This document shows positions 39,896-53,763 of a DNA stretch of 64,000 nt, in pieces. The stretch lies in assembly GCF_009914755.1 (NCBI RefSeq), contig NC_060933.1, one strand, 5' to 3'. The notes under the pieces were generated by a model that was not told where the DNA came from, made no database searches, and saw nothing but the letters and a program-made list of their open reading frames with translations. Positions within the stretch are counted from its first letter, which is position 1. Each line of letters starts with the position of its first letter. Both the position numbers and the translations under genes were made by a program. The stretch comes from the human T2T-CHM13v2.0 reference genome, Homo sapiens.

Positions 39896-42814
39896 CAAGC
39901 ATGTGCGCTGCAGAGTGGGTTAGACCATTCCTGAATGGGTGACATTGCATGGCTACTCAGGGGTCAGTAAACTGCTGTTTTCTGAGTTCCCACTGCAGGA
40001 AGCTAGTGCAGACACAACACAGTATAAGAGCAAGAACATGACCTGATGCAAGCTTTGGGCACAAAGGGACCAAAATGGGAATGTGTCCTCCCTAGTCATA
40101 GGGCTCAGCATTTCTTACCAAGGCATGGCTGCCCTAGAAATGTGGAATCTTGGAGGTGAGAATGACCTTCAGGCAGGCTGGGCCAGCCTCTCACACAATG
40201 TTTGTGTCACCATTGCAATCCTGAGTCAGACACTCTGCCACTCACTCTTGTGAGATGGGGCCATCTCACAAGATTGTGTCTATGATTAAATGAGATATTA
40301 GTAAAAGTGCTAAATCCAATGACTATCACATTAGTTAACAGCAATTAACATAGTTAATCCCTCCCTCATCCAACCACTCAATACATTTTAAATTAGAGTC
40401 TATTATGTACCAGGCTTGGGATAAGACCCACGCTCAAGCTTCAGGGCTGATTTGGGGAGGAAAATCATTGATTCATTAATTAATTTATTCAACAAACATT
40501 TACTATTCTATGATGGCACTAAGTTAAAACCTCTAAGACAAACTCGTTGTCTTAGACGGAATCCAACACAAATTAGTTGGATGACTAAGACACATTCACC
40601 AGTAACTACTGTGAAATGACAATGAGCATAATAACTAACATTTTGTGTGATGTCTCATAGTTTAAAAAGCACTTTCACACTTGTAATTGGGTCTTGCAAG
40701 AAATGCAGATTCAGATGAGTCAAGTGACCTGCCTGGGGCCACACAGTCAGTGCAAAAGTTTGATTCAAATCTAGGTGTCTGACGCCAAAGCTTGGCTGTC
40801 TCTCCTCTACCATCTGCGTCACCCGGCTCTGCTTGGGTCCATCAGTCTGCCCAGTGGCAGCCCTGTTCCACTTTTAGAAAACCTTGATTATGAGAAAGTT
40901 TTTGCAAATATTCATTAAAAAATCTGCCTTCTGCAAAATTCTATCTCATTTCTCTTAGCTCTTCTTTCCCTCCAGAGCCATACTGAATAAATGTTCCTCT
41001 CCCTGTCCTCAAAGAAACTTTAAGATAGTCTTCCTCAAGTCTTCTCTGCCCCAGGCAACATGTCTGGGTCTTCAGTCCTTCCTGTTCTGACACAACTACT
41101 AATCCCTCCCCAGCTTGCTCTGTCCGCATCCATCCAGCCTCTACTCACACTCCCTGGCTTGGTGGAGGTTATCTTTCACCTTTTCCCTATGACTAAGGAG
41201 GACACATTCCCATTTCGGTCCCTTTGTGCCCAAAGCTTGCATCAGGTCACGTTCTTGCTCCTGTACCATGTTGCGTCTGCACTAGCTTCATGCATTGGAA
41301 GAGTATTCCAATGACTCTTCACCCAAGATTCAGTTATGACCCTCCTAGGCGCTCTGCACCCCGTATCACCGCACTCCTCAAATGATGTTGGGATCTTCCA
41401 TCTGTGTGTCACTCTTTGCAGGCAGTGAGCTCCCTGAGGCCGTGGGCTGGTCTGTAACCATGATCACAGCACAGCCCCTCTCCCTAAGTGCCCACCACAT
41501 CCCAGGCACTGTTTAGGCACCTTCCACTGAGTACCCCAACCATACCAGATAGGTGCTATTATTAAATTAACCCCTGTCCCAAAGCCTGACAAAGGGCAAG
41601 GATTCATAGATTTTTTCAGGACTGAATGAAACTCCAATTTATTCATATCCCAAAGACTGGTGTCAAGGGTGGTTTCTCTGACCAGAACAAGGTAGAGTCT
41701 GACCTGAGGCCAGCAGGTGCCACAGGGGTCCTTCAGAGAGCCTGGCTTCTCCCGGGGACACTTGAGAGCTCACCGGGCAAGGGAGAGAAATGAACCGTAT
41801 CGAAAAATGTGGTCTGGGGTGAGACATCAGCAATAATCACTGCCAGGAAAAGGAGGGCTGCTGGTTAGTGCCGAATGCCAATGACAGGAAAGCTGCAAGG
41901 GACTGACCAAGCCTCCCTCCAGGCTTTGAGGAGCTTGTCGCCTGGGCTCCTAACGACACGAGCTCTGGGATGAACCGAACCTGGCTCAAATCATGACTCT
42001 GTCCATGACCTGGAGTAAAATGAGGACAATAATACCTTATAGGGTTACGGTAAAAATTAAACCCGAAAGCGCTTGGCCACAGTAACCCTCGATAAATGTG
42101 ATGTTGATGATGATGACGAGGGGACAAGGAGGCTGCAGAGTGAAGCCACAGCCCCCTGCTCCATCTTCTTTCTGGGCACACTCACTGCCAGGGCTGCCTC
42201 TGGCACACAAAGCTGTCCTGTAAAGCCTGATGGCGGAACATCAGCTCGTGAACACTCTGGGTCTGTGTCAAATTCCCACTAATGATTTCTCAGCATAAAT
42301 TAAATGGAGTGAAGATTTTCTAATGGCCACTACAGAATTACATGACAGCTTCCAGGAGAAGCTACAAAAATAGCTGGAATCAGAAGGATGGTCATTCGGA
42401 TGCCTGCAAGTTTCTCATTAATTTAATATCTTCTTTCCTCCTGGCTTGTGGATCTTTTTTGTAAGAGCTGACAGAAAAGACATGCATAACAAGCCACCAG
42501 GTATTCCCAGCCTATTTAAATAAGCCTAAAGAGAGAGCAGTGACCATATTGTATAGCAAGTGGAATTCAGCATTGCATTAAAACCACCACCATAAATAAT
42601 AAAATTTATTTATATTTACATAAACTTGCATAATTTACAAGGGACACTTATGTATTTGTCTTTATCTCATTTGACCTTCTATAATTTATGGAGCACTCAT
42701 CATGGGCCTGGCATTTTTAATATATTATCTCACTTAATTTTCACAGTGACTGATTATTATCTCTATTTTACAGGCAAGGTTTAACAAAGTAGAAGAATTC
42801 CTCTGGAATCACAC

Positions 42815-43294
42815 TGTTACAGGAAAGAGGTCCTGATCCAGACTCCAAGAGAGGTTTCTTGGACCTCCCGCAGGAAAGAATTCAGGGCGAGTCCGAGTAA
42901 AGTGAAAGCGAGTTTATTAAGAAAGTAGAGGAATAAAAGAACGGCTACTCCATAGAACAGCCCCGAGGGCTGCTGGTTGCCCATTTTTATGGTTATTTCT
43001 TGATGACATGCTAAACAAAGGGTAGATTATTCATGTCTCCCCTTTTTAGACCATATAGGGTTACTTCCTGCCATTGCCATGGCATTTGTAAACTGTCATG
43101 GCGCTGGTGGGAGTGTAGCAGTGAGGACGACCAGAGGTCACTCTTGTCGCCATCTTGGTTTTGGTGGGTTTTAGCTGGCTTCTTTACTGCAACCTGTTTT
43201 ATCAGCAAGGTGGTTATGACCTGTATTTTGTGCCCATCTCCTGTCTCATCCTGTGACTTAGAATGCCTTAGCTGCCTGGGAATGCAGCCCAACA
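42815..43294 (-). mobile_element. MER41A solo LTR (ERV1) with deletion near its 5' end, inserted in a MIR
   Basis: Near-continuous match to recalled MER41A from tgttacaggaaa to gcagccca, then terminal aca; 4-bp TSD acac (42811-42814 / 43295-43298). Confidence 0.88.
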
Positions 43295-43319
43295 ACACAG
43301 CCCAAAAGTGGAGGACTAG

Positions 43320-43668
<349 letters not shown>

Positions 43669-44503
43669 TCAGCTAGTTATCCAGCTTCTGTTTGGGGAGG
43701 AGGCACTTTTTCCATACACTTGATAGTTCTTTCAGCATGAGAGGAACACCTTTGGCATAATGTTTCTGGCCTCTCCTGCCCCCCACACACTCTGTTCCCC
43801 TGGGGAAATAAAATGCCTTGTTTGATTGGTGAGTTTGGAGACACTGGCAAACGTGCTCAGCCCCTTCCTCTCCTTCCTCATGGAGCTCATTCCTGCTGCC
43901 CTCCAGAGCCTGGTTCTGGTTCCCACAAACCTGCCTGGGGTTGCAGGGGGAACTGCTGCCTGCCTGAGTCAAGCTCCGGATTCAGCCTCAGGAAGCTCAT
44001 TTGCCCACAGACCTGACGCATTCCCCAGCAGCACTTTTTTCATAATGAAGGTGATATTTTGGCCCTTATCCTCTTTATTTCTTTATCTTATTCTCAAGTA
44101 ATTCAGAACCCAAGTGGAAGAGAGGAATATTTATTGGCCCTCCTTCAAAGATTCTAATGATTATGATCCTCATTTTACAGATAAAGCTCTTTCCTAAGAA
44201 AAGAGTTGAAATGTTGGCAGATGTGTGATAAATAGCCCCATACATTATTATGCTATATGAATGTAATTCCTTTAATTCAGATTAGTACATATAGTTTAAG
44301 GAGGAGGAAAATGGAGGACTGGAGTGATACCACCAAAAATGACTCATATGTAAAACAAACTAAAGGAGAAAACACAACTTCAAATGAGCACGTCATAATT
44401 GAAGAAGAAGCCATGCTCCACCAATTTAGAGATCTTTGTCTGGGGTACTATATAAGGTGGGTCAAATGCCAATAAGAGCCCAGAGTAGAAAATTAACCAA
44501 AGC

Positions 44504-44813
44504 AGCCAGGCACTGTGGCTCACGTGTGTAATCCCAGCACATTGGGTGGCTGAGGCGGGCGGATCACTTGAGGCCAGGAGTTCGAGACCTGCCTGGCAAC
44601 ATGGTGAAACCCCATCTCTACTAAAAAATACAAAATTAGCCAGGCATGGTGGCGTGTGCCTGTAGTCCCAGCTACTCAGGAGGCTGAGGCATAAGAGTTG
44701 CCTGAACCCAGGAGGCGGAGGTTTGCAGTGAGCTGAGATCGCGCTAATGCACTCCAGCCTGGGTGACAGAGCAAGATGCCGCCTCAAAAAAAAAAAAAAA
44801 AAAAAAGAAGAAG
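44504..44813 (+). mobile_element. Alu (old S or J type)
   Basis: Dimeric Alu; TSD attaaccaaagc. Confidence 0.92.
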
Positions 44814-45809
44814 ATTAACCAAAGCATTTCCCAACTACCAAGAAAGAACCAAGAACCAGTTTATAGAGACCAACCCCTCCCCCAAAAAATCCACAAAAAA
44901 GTAAGCAAAGCAACCAAAAAACCCGACGAACCTTGCATGGGGTACAAAAAGCTCACAATCGAAGCATGCTTTTTGGAGCCATCTATAATTTGGAACCCAC
45001 CCAGAGATTTACCTGTTGCTGGAGTTCTATCAGAACAGCCACCTGTACAACTTGCCTGAGGCTTACTACTCTTATTATCAATAATTGAGTTAACAGAATG
45101 TTAGGGCCAAAAATGTCCTCAGTAGTCAAGCCCAAGCCCTTGCTGAAGAGAGAAAGCCCAGATGACAGAGCTGGCCGAGGGAGCTTCTCTGAACTACCTT
45201 TGCATCCACAGGACCCAACACAGCCCCAGCCCCACTGTATGTGAGAAAGAACCACGTTAGTGGCAGGGCCGGGGCTAGAACCCGGGTCTCCCAACACTAG
45301 TATTGCTTCCTTTTCTTACAGTGCATCAGCTGCAGTGACACTTGTCTGTTCACTTCATGGATATCATGTATTCACTGTTGTGTTATCATAGGCCAAGTCA
45401 ACAGGCCTGTGAACCAGAGGAATGATCTCTCATAAACAAACAAGTGGTGGAAGGGTGCTAAGATTCAAACTACAGGAGACACTGAACAATAGCTGAACAT
45501 GGAGACAAGCCCCACTCTGTCCCCCAGTTACAAGCACCAAAGATGCTAGCAATGAATCCAGGCTGAGGATAAATGCGAAACCTTGTAATATCACTCTTGT
45601 GAAGCACACAGATTCTAAGAGAATCAAAAAATGGCCTTCTGTATCCAGAACTATTTTTAGAAACACAATCCTATTTTTCTTCTTCAAAGTAATTAGCGTT
45701 CATAACCAGAACTAGAGCGTTTCTTCTGAATGCAGGGGAGAAGCAAACCTTTCTCTTCAGAAGCAAGAAGCTAGATGGTGAGAGACTGTCAAGAACACAT
45801 TCAGTGCAA

Positions 45810-45866
45810 GCACACACACACACACAGACGCACACACACACACACACAGACACACACACACACATA
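45810..45866. repeat. Interrupted (CA)n microsatellite
   Basis: Direct reading. Confidence 0.93.
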
Positions 45867-46579
45867 CTCCAGATGATAAACACAGCTTCCAATTAAGCTG
45901 CCCTCAACTAGCTGGCACCTAATACCTGTTGGTTTAAAAACAACTGGCAAAATTTGCAAAGTCTAAGGGTTTTTAAAGGATGAAATCTTTCTTTTAATTT
46001 TTTTGTATCTCTCTTTTTAAAGATAATAAATCACATGCATTTACAGAATTGTAGCATTTTTGCACAATAGCAGTCTCTAGAGATAAACAGACCACATGCA
46101 AGGGAAGCGTGGGGACTGGCTCTCAGTCAAGTTCACAGAGCAGCCACAAGGCAGACACTCAGCCCAAGACCTCGACTCCCAGCCAGTTCTCCTATGTGGT
46201 CAGAGCCGCCTTTCCACATCAAAGAGAAGTTCATGAAAATCTATGGAGCCCATTTGCAATATGAGGTGCAAATCGAACAAATGTTTTGCATCAGGGATAA
46301 TCTTAATTAAACTATTTAATACGAGCACCGTTGGTTTACTTCAATCTTCCTGAACTTCATTAAGCTGTCCATTTACTTATATAAATTCCCATCTTAAAAA
46401 ATAAAATGCATATAGTTTGTGTGGTAGAAAACTGTGTGTTTTAATATACATCCATGTGTAAAAATTGTGATGATGTTAACAATAGTAATAATAAAACTCA
46501 TTTGTTAAATGGCAATAGGCTCAACATTGTGATAGGGACTTTATATGAGGGGAACAATAAGGAAAATCATAATATAAAT

Positions 46580-46830
46580 TTAGTATCACTCATTAAATGC
46601 TTCCCATACTCAGGTAGTATGTGGTGCAGTTAAGAACTATCATTCATGTAATGATCACAATAATCTTGTTAGGTGGCTATTACTGTGAGTCACATTTTAC
46701 AGATGAAGAAACTGACGCTTTGAGAAGTTAAATAACTGCCCCAGATTTCACAGGGAGCAAAAGAAAAAGTCTAGAGTCAAACCCAGGCCCACTGGACCCT
46801 AGAGTCCTTTGCCTTTTCCACTGCACAAGG
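46580..46830 (-). mobile_element. MIR, near full length
   Basis: 'cattttacagatgaagaaactgacgctttgagaagttaaataactgccc'. Confidence 0.85.
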
Positions 46831-47847
46831 CTACATCCTCATTTATAAAAGTATTGCTTTGACCTCCATTTCCAGCAAGGACATTTATAGATCCAAGGAC
46901 AAACTAAATGGTGCAAAGATGACCTGTTCTTGATAAAGGCCTTCGACTTCTCTATGGTCTGGAACAAAGTAACTCTGCTACCAAATTTTCTGAGGGAAAA
47001 TAGAGCTCACAGCCTCAGGGTAATCAGATAATGCTTAAATATGAAGTGGTTCAGAACCACAGTGAAATTTGGGAGTGGAACATAATTTATCTATTGTTCC
47101 ATTTTAAAATATTCATGAAGCAAGGAAGCATTTCCACATTCAATAATTAAGTGGTTAAAATCTGCATCCTGATATGTTTACTGATCATGAATAGTGCACT
47201 CCTAGAAGGACCTAAGTTTAAATTAGCAGCCCACAGGCTGCCATGTTACACTGCAAAACCAGACAAATGAGACAGAAATGTTGCTGCTGCCTAGAGAAAA
47301 CATTTTCCCACCACTTATTCTGCTGCAGAGAAAAGCTGAGACCAAATTGAAAATGCACCTAGGACTTTGCCTGAAAACCAGCTGGAAGAGCATGAAAGGG
47401 GGAGAAAAAAACCTGCAACTTTCTCCTTCGTTAGAAGAATTGTTGTAAGATGGTGTGATTGTTCCCTAAAGGTTAGATTTTACAATCATTTAATATTTCA
47501 CTTGTCTTAAGAAACCCGCATAGAAAGGCAGGGAAAGGAAACATTCCTAAAAATGTGAATTTAAAAAGTGGCTCTGTTTTGCTTCTTCAGTTCTGTGGTC
47601 ACAAGCAATATATGTGACACCTACGAGTAGAGTTGTATTAAACTGGGTGTCTTGTTCCCTGTATTACTGGCAAGCTCTGTTTCAATGGCCTCCCTCGCCA
47701 GGGGCATCCTCCATCACTGTGCATGAGGATGGGGCCTACTGGCCGCCCTGCTGAGAGCCCTGTGCCAAGCCCTAGTAGGGATGAAGGGCTGCTTCCCAGG
47801 GTCTTCCGGTGGCCCGGGACAGACACAAGGCCGGGGGTGGCAGGCAA

Positions 47848-48010
47848 GTAGTTCTCAAAGTGTTGTACCTGGACCAGCAGCATCTGTTTTACCTGGAAAC
47901 ATGTCAGAAATGCAAATTAATCAGAAACTCTGGGAGTACAGTTCAGCAGTTTGGGCTTTAACAAACCCACCAGGTGATTCTGGTGCCCACTAACGTTTGG
48001 GAAGCACCCA
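47848..48010. mobile_element. MER5A
   Basis: 'gtagttctcaaagtg...ggaccagcagcatc...agaaatgcaaatt...ttaacaaacccaccaggtgattctg'. Confidence 0.85.
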
Positions 48011-48088
48011 GCTCCTCTTCTGTCCTTACTCAGCTGCAGGCTCCAAGGTTCTGCATCCAGTGGATCTGCCCCATCCAGTCCTACGCCT

Positions 48089-48166
48089 TGCTGACCTCAG
48101 CAGGGAGTAGTTAGCTGACTCCAAGCCCCAGAAGAAGGGGAGTCTGGGAGTGGCCTTGCTGACTCA
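48089..48166. promoter_or_regulatory. Candidate MAF/CNC (MARE/ARE) site cluster
   Basis: TGCTGACCTCAGCA 48089-48102 (13/14 to C-MARE) and TGCTGACTCA 48157-48166. Confidence 0.4.
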
Positions 48167-50509
48167 AACCAGAATCTGATGCCCCGCTGTGCCCTCCCCA
48201 CTGCATGTTGGCCCAGCTGGCTGTTCTAATAGGGCTGTGGTTCTATCCTCGACTCCATGGCTAAGGCCTCGTCCTTGCCACTCTCTCCCACCCCAACCCC
48301 TCCCTCAGGGCAGGAGCTTATAGTCTCAGGTCTTCCTCAAACCGGCTAGCCAGTCTGAATCAGGGGGCGCCTTCTACCACTGCCCAGGGACTCTTCCAGA
48401 AACAGCCTGCCCATAAAGGCCCTCCACCACCATGGGAGGAAGAACCCTGATCCAAAAGGAAACTTGGTCAATCTGTCCCTACAGACTTGATCATTTGAGC
48501 TGCTGGCCCTGTCCTGATAGCCCACATCTCCCCGCCCCCTCTTTCCTCCTCTGCTTCCCTGGCTTTGTACCCCGCTCTGAGCCTGTCACTGAGACTCCAG
48601 AATGGCTCTGGGCTGAGCACACCCAGGGTAACTGTAACTAAGCACCACCAATTACTGAGTTTGCAGAAAATACTGTGCTTATACCCTGGCAAGTGGGCCC
48701 CTGCCTTGTGCCCTGCGTTTGAGAGGGTCCTTCTCCAGCCCAACTCTGGTAGCCCCCTTCCCAAGGGGCAAGGAGTCCTTGAGGCCAAGGAGGCGTGCTC
48801 ACATGGAGCCCATGCCCTCCCTCCTCTGGGAGCCCCTTCTAGGTATCCAGGACCCCGAAATTCCCCTCCTAGATGGCTGGAGTCCATCCTCTCAAGAGCA
48901 AATGGTGCTTCTGGGGCCTTCTCCCTAGACCTGAAGAATGGCCAGGAACAGCCAGTTGGGGGTGGGGGTCGTTGTGGACAGAGCTGAGATGTGTGAACTG
49001 TAGGGTCTACCCAACTCCTTACAGTGGTAGATGGAGTCAGGATTGGGAAGAGAAGGAGGGGCTGGAAGGAGGCTAACGCTTCAGTTTGTTTTCTTTCTTG
49101 GGCCTCAAAAAAAGTGAGGGGCCAGCCTGCCATGAAAATTAAGTCAGATAGCGTATGTCATGTACCTAGTAGGAACTCAATAGCTACTTGTGGAACGAGT
49201 GTCCCCAGAGATCTGCTTCAGTGCCTTATTTGGTCCTCACAACCAACCTGCAATGTAGGAACAGTATGCTCATTGTCTAGATAAGGAGACCTGGACTCCA
49301 AGAGGTTAAGTGACTTGCCCAAGAGGGCACAACTAAGACCTGAATGGCTATTTAGCCTTGGTTTGATTACTTCTAACTACACGGAACTTGCTACTCCTTT
49401 CAGTCAACCCTTATCATTTCAGGCGAAGTAAGTCATTGCTGTTGCTGTTTTCTTTCTTTCTTTGAGCTTAAATCCCTCTGCAAATTTCAGTCATGGGTCT
49501 TTGCTCTGCCTTATTGGTGCCCGAAGAGACTTCACCCCCTTTCCCATATAACCACCTTCAAGTAAAAATGGAAATGCTATCCCCTGGGGTCTTTTTTCTC
49601 GAAGCCAAACACCCTTAGCACCTCCACCATTTCCTCCTGGCAGAGGACTTCCAGTACCCACTCCTAATCAGGCTTCTGGGGACAGATTCCAGTTTTTCTC
49701 TCCTCCAGCACCTCACAGAGGTCATGGTGTATAGAAACAGAGGCTTCAGCTAGTAGATTTGGACACAGGTAACCGTTTCCATGACCAGCAACCTACCCTC
49801 GAACACATAGAGTCCTAAAGCCTAAAGCTTGTGAAATGCCATGTGGTTTGAGTCTTGGTTTCCTTGCCTGTGAAATGGGAAGAATGACTCATTTCCTGAC
49901 TACCTTGCGTGGTTGGGCAAATATCATTTAGGATAATTGGTCTGAAATGACTCTATGGACTTCCAAGCCCTGCACAGGTGTATGGGGAGATGGGGGCTGT
50001 AATGACAATGAGCAGAGGAGGCTCGCTGGGGAAGCCTGGAGAAGCAGGTGCTCTAGGGAAACCCTCACTGCCTGCTCCACTCAATAGTCCTTAATCACTC
50101 CTTCTGCCAGGCATGGGCACCACTTTACAAGGGGGGGGTCCAGTGCTTCTTAAGGCCCCCAAGGCACTTGCACAACTCCAAAAGCCTAAAAGTGAATTAA
50201 GACAACAGAGGTAATATGCAAAGGGCACCTTGAAGACAGGATGTTTCTGTGCCCAGCAACTGAGCCAGCAGGCAGGGCCGAGCTCTGTGAGCATGCTGAG
50301 GTGGAACAGGGTTAAGAATGCACCAAAAAGAGGAGTGAGAGTCAGGATCTGAACCCAGACCTCCTGTCCTGGGTTCACCCCACTTCACCACATTTGCCAC
50401 CGAAATCACTTGGTGTAGACAGTGTCTAATCCGCACATGGGGACCAAACCGTCCCTGTCTACTCTGTGGAGCAATTATTGTTGTAATGGGCCACACCTCC
50501 TCATGAGCC

Positions 50510-51040
50510 CCCGGCCCATGTACCCAACTACCTATTAGATAATATCGCTGGAAGTCTCACGACCCTTCATCAGGCCCTCACAAAGCTGTTCTTCTCCCAG
50601 CTTCTGGGACCTCCATGACTGGCACCAGCAGCCACCCAGTTGCTGAACCTGGGCCCCTTTCTTGGTTCTTCCTTCACAGTCACATCTCAGATCCAATCCA
50701 TCACCAAGCCCTGTCCATTCATCCTCCTAAAAACGTCTTAATACAAACATTTCTCTCCATCCCTACTCCTGCCACCTAACCCACATGACCGACATCCCCC
50801 AAAACTCGTAACTGTCCCACAGCCACCCTTGCCTCACCCCAACTTGGCTTTCATGCTGCAGCCAAAGTGATGGTTTTAAAACATAAACCTCATCGTGTCA
50901 GCCTGCTTTGAAAATCTGTCTGTTGCTTTTAGGAGGAAAAGCCAAATGCTTGACTTGACTCATTAATTAGGCCCTGCAGCTCTGGCCCCATCTCTTGACA
51001 CCGTCCCTGCTTGCTCACTGTGATCTGTATTATACATTGG
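50510..51040 (+). mobile_element. L2 relic
   Basis: 'tacccaactacctattagat', 'atccaatccatcaccaagccctgtccattc', 'ctgcagccaaagtgat..ttttaaaacataaa'. Confidence 0.75.
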
Positions 51041-51044
51041 ACTT

Positions 51045-51560
51045 CTTTATTTTTTTCTGTAAAATTTTCAAATATCACACATATACAAGCATGTATAACA
51101 TAGATACATACATTTAAAGAATAATTCTAAAACCTATACAGCCACCACCTGGGTTAAGAAATAGAACATAGCCACATCTCAGCCTCCACCTGTAACCCTC
51201 TCAGATCACACCTCCCGCTGCCCATCCCTGCCCAGAAGTAACCACCTTAAACTTCTGATCTTTTTTCTCACTTTTCTTCATATTTGACTACTTAGGGTTA
51301 CACTTCTATAAAACAAAGTTTAGTTTTGCCTGTTCTGAATTTTATTTCGTTGAACTGTACTGTAGATGTTCTTGTATGACTTGCTTCTTTTGCTGTACCT
51401 CAATATCCATGCACGAAGCTATAATTCATGCATTTTCATTGACGTATAGTACTCCAGTGAGTGAATATCCATAATGAGTGCATTATTCTGTTGGTGGACA
51501 TTAGGTTGATTCCAGCTTAGAGCTTTTATAAATTTGTCAATACAGCTATGAATGTTCTGG
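51045..51560 (-). mobile_element. L1ME-type relic
   Basis: 'accacctgggttaagaaatagaacat', 'ttagttttgcctgttctgaattt', 'ttctgttggtggacattaggttg'. Confidence 0.75.
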
Positions 51561-52876
51561 AGCTGTCCATGCTCTGAGAGCCCCATGTCCTGTCCTGCCT
51601 TGCAGCCCTCACCAAGATTTGCTTCCTTGGCTTAGGTCTCCCTCACTGCCTCCTTCCTGACCCACATCTCCTCATGCCCAGGCCTGGCTCACCTGGCTGT
51701 TGGTGCTTCTGCTGCCTCCTGCACCTCACAGAGGCTACGGGCATCACCGATCCAGCCTCTAGCACAGAACCTACATGTAGCAAGCCCTCAGCACTCATTC
51801 ATGCACGTATGCATACTTGCATTCGTTCACACCTTAGCAGTTTCTCAGGACCGGTCTACGGTGCTGCAGAGGCATGGCGCAGTCCGGGGGAAGAAAATGA
51901 TCCTCTCTAAGTAAATAAAGGCATCCCCCAAGACAGGAATTGCACATCCAGGAAAGCCAGCCCCACAGCTAGACACAGAAGGCTGCTGACTCTCACTGAT
52001 GAGATGCACGCCCAGAGAGGATGAGCCTGGGGGTGGATCCTCCTGCTCTGAACCGCTCAAATTCCTCCCTCTCCCACCTCTCTCATTAGCCTCTGTGATG
52101 AGGGTTGCAAAGGGCTCTTCAGCTGCTTAAAGTGAAGGAAGAAATGGAAATTGCTTCAAAAGAAAAGGAAGGAAAGCAGCTAGAGAACACTGCCAAACAC
52201 TTGGTGTGATAACCAAGGGTTTTCAAATGATGACTGAAACTGGCTTTCATTTTGATCTTCCATTTCTGATAATCTAACAGATCATTAGAAGAAAATCAAG
52301 TCCATCCTCACGGTCGAAGATGAACCTGGCACTGCTGTAGCACTCTTCCCACTTTACCACCTCTTCCTCCACACTTTTTTCCTCAAGAAAAAAAAAGAAA
52401 CCCTTTCAGCTTACACATATTGTTCAGTTTATTTAACTACATTCAGATTGGATATTTTCCATGTCAAATACTTTCTTAGGAATAAGCAACATATTCCTTC
52501 TCTCCAAATTAAGAACTTCTCACTGCTTTGTAGGTTTAAAAACATCCAACTGAAAACTCCCTTTTATGGATGAAAAAAAAAAGTACGGAGAGTGGGAATC
52601 TCTGCCCTATTTATGGTGATAAATGCCAGAGCCAAATTTACCCCCAAGAGTCTCGCTCCAGGGTCCCAACCCTCACCCACTCCACTCTTCTACTCTACAT
52701 TGAAAACCAGAGTACATCTCTATTCCTGCTGCCCCAGGGACTCTCTCTACCCTACGACACCATTCTCATTGCACACAGAGCTTTAAGCATAGATGCTAGA
52801 AATAAACTGAACATTCTCCAATAGGGAGGTAAACTCTGGTCCAGTCATTGATGAAAATGATGTTCAAGAAGAGTTA

Positions 52877-53263
<387 letters not shown>

Positions 53264-53680
53264 CTATAAATGACAGGAGAAGATTATACTATTTTTATTA
53301 AGTAAAAAGTTAATCAGGTTAGCTCTGGGTGGCTGACTTTGAGGGAGATGTCATGCTATGCACTTTTCAGTACTTCCCAATTTTTCCACAATAAGCACAC
53401 ATTACTTTCATAATGAGGAAAACATTTTAATACGAAATGGGCAGCAGGGAAGCAGCATCTGTCTTCTCCACCCCAAAACGCCCCTTTGGAACTATGATGG
53501 GTGGTCCTGACCCACCACTTGTGCCTCCCCAGCTCCACCCAACCCTGTCACCTGCTTCCTGCCTCCATACTTCCTCTCCCAAGCCTACTTATATATTCTT
53601 ACTTATCCAAGCCCAAGCTAGTGCAAGCCCCACCTTCTTTATGTTCTTCAAGAAGCTTGTCTTGACCATTCCCAGCCAAC

Positions 53681-53763
53681 TATTAGGTTAAACCATATGA
53701 CATTGCCATTCTTGTATTCCAGAAGTTGTCTACTATCAGTGATTTCATATGACTCAATCTAGT
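53681..53763. mobile_element. MADE2 (mariner-derived MITE)
   Basis: ~83 bp with terminal inverted repeats tattaggttaaaccatatga ... atttcatatgactcaatctagt. Confidence 0.75.

Noticed and set aside
41708-41724. CTCF-like motifs (also ~21817, ~38828, ~48358)
   Set aside because: Each has mismatches at high-information positions; not supportable without ChIP data.
45651-45660. Perfect MEF2 site CTATTTTTAG
   Set aside because: A single degenerate 10-mer is expected by chance in 64 kb of AT-rich DNA.
48468-49133. 221-aa minus-strand ORF
   Set aside because: GC-rich sequence with several overlapping ORFs on both strands and no recognisable homology; consistent with chance.
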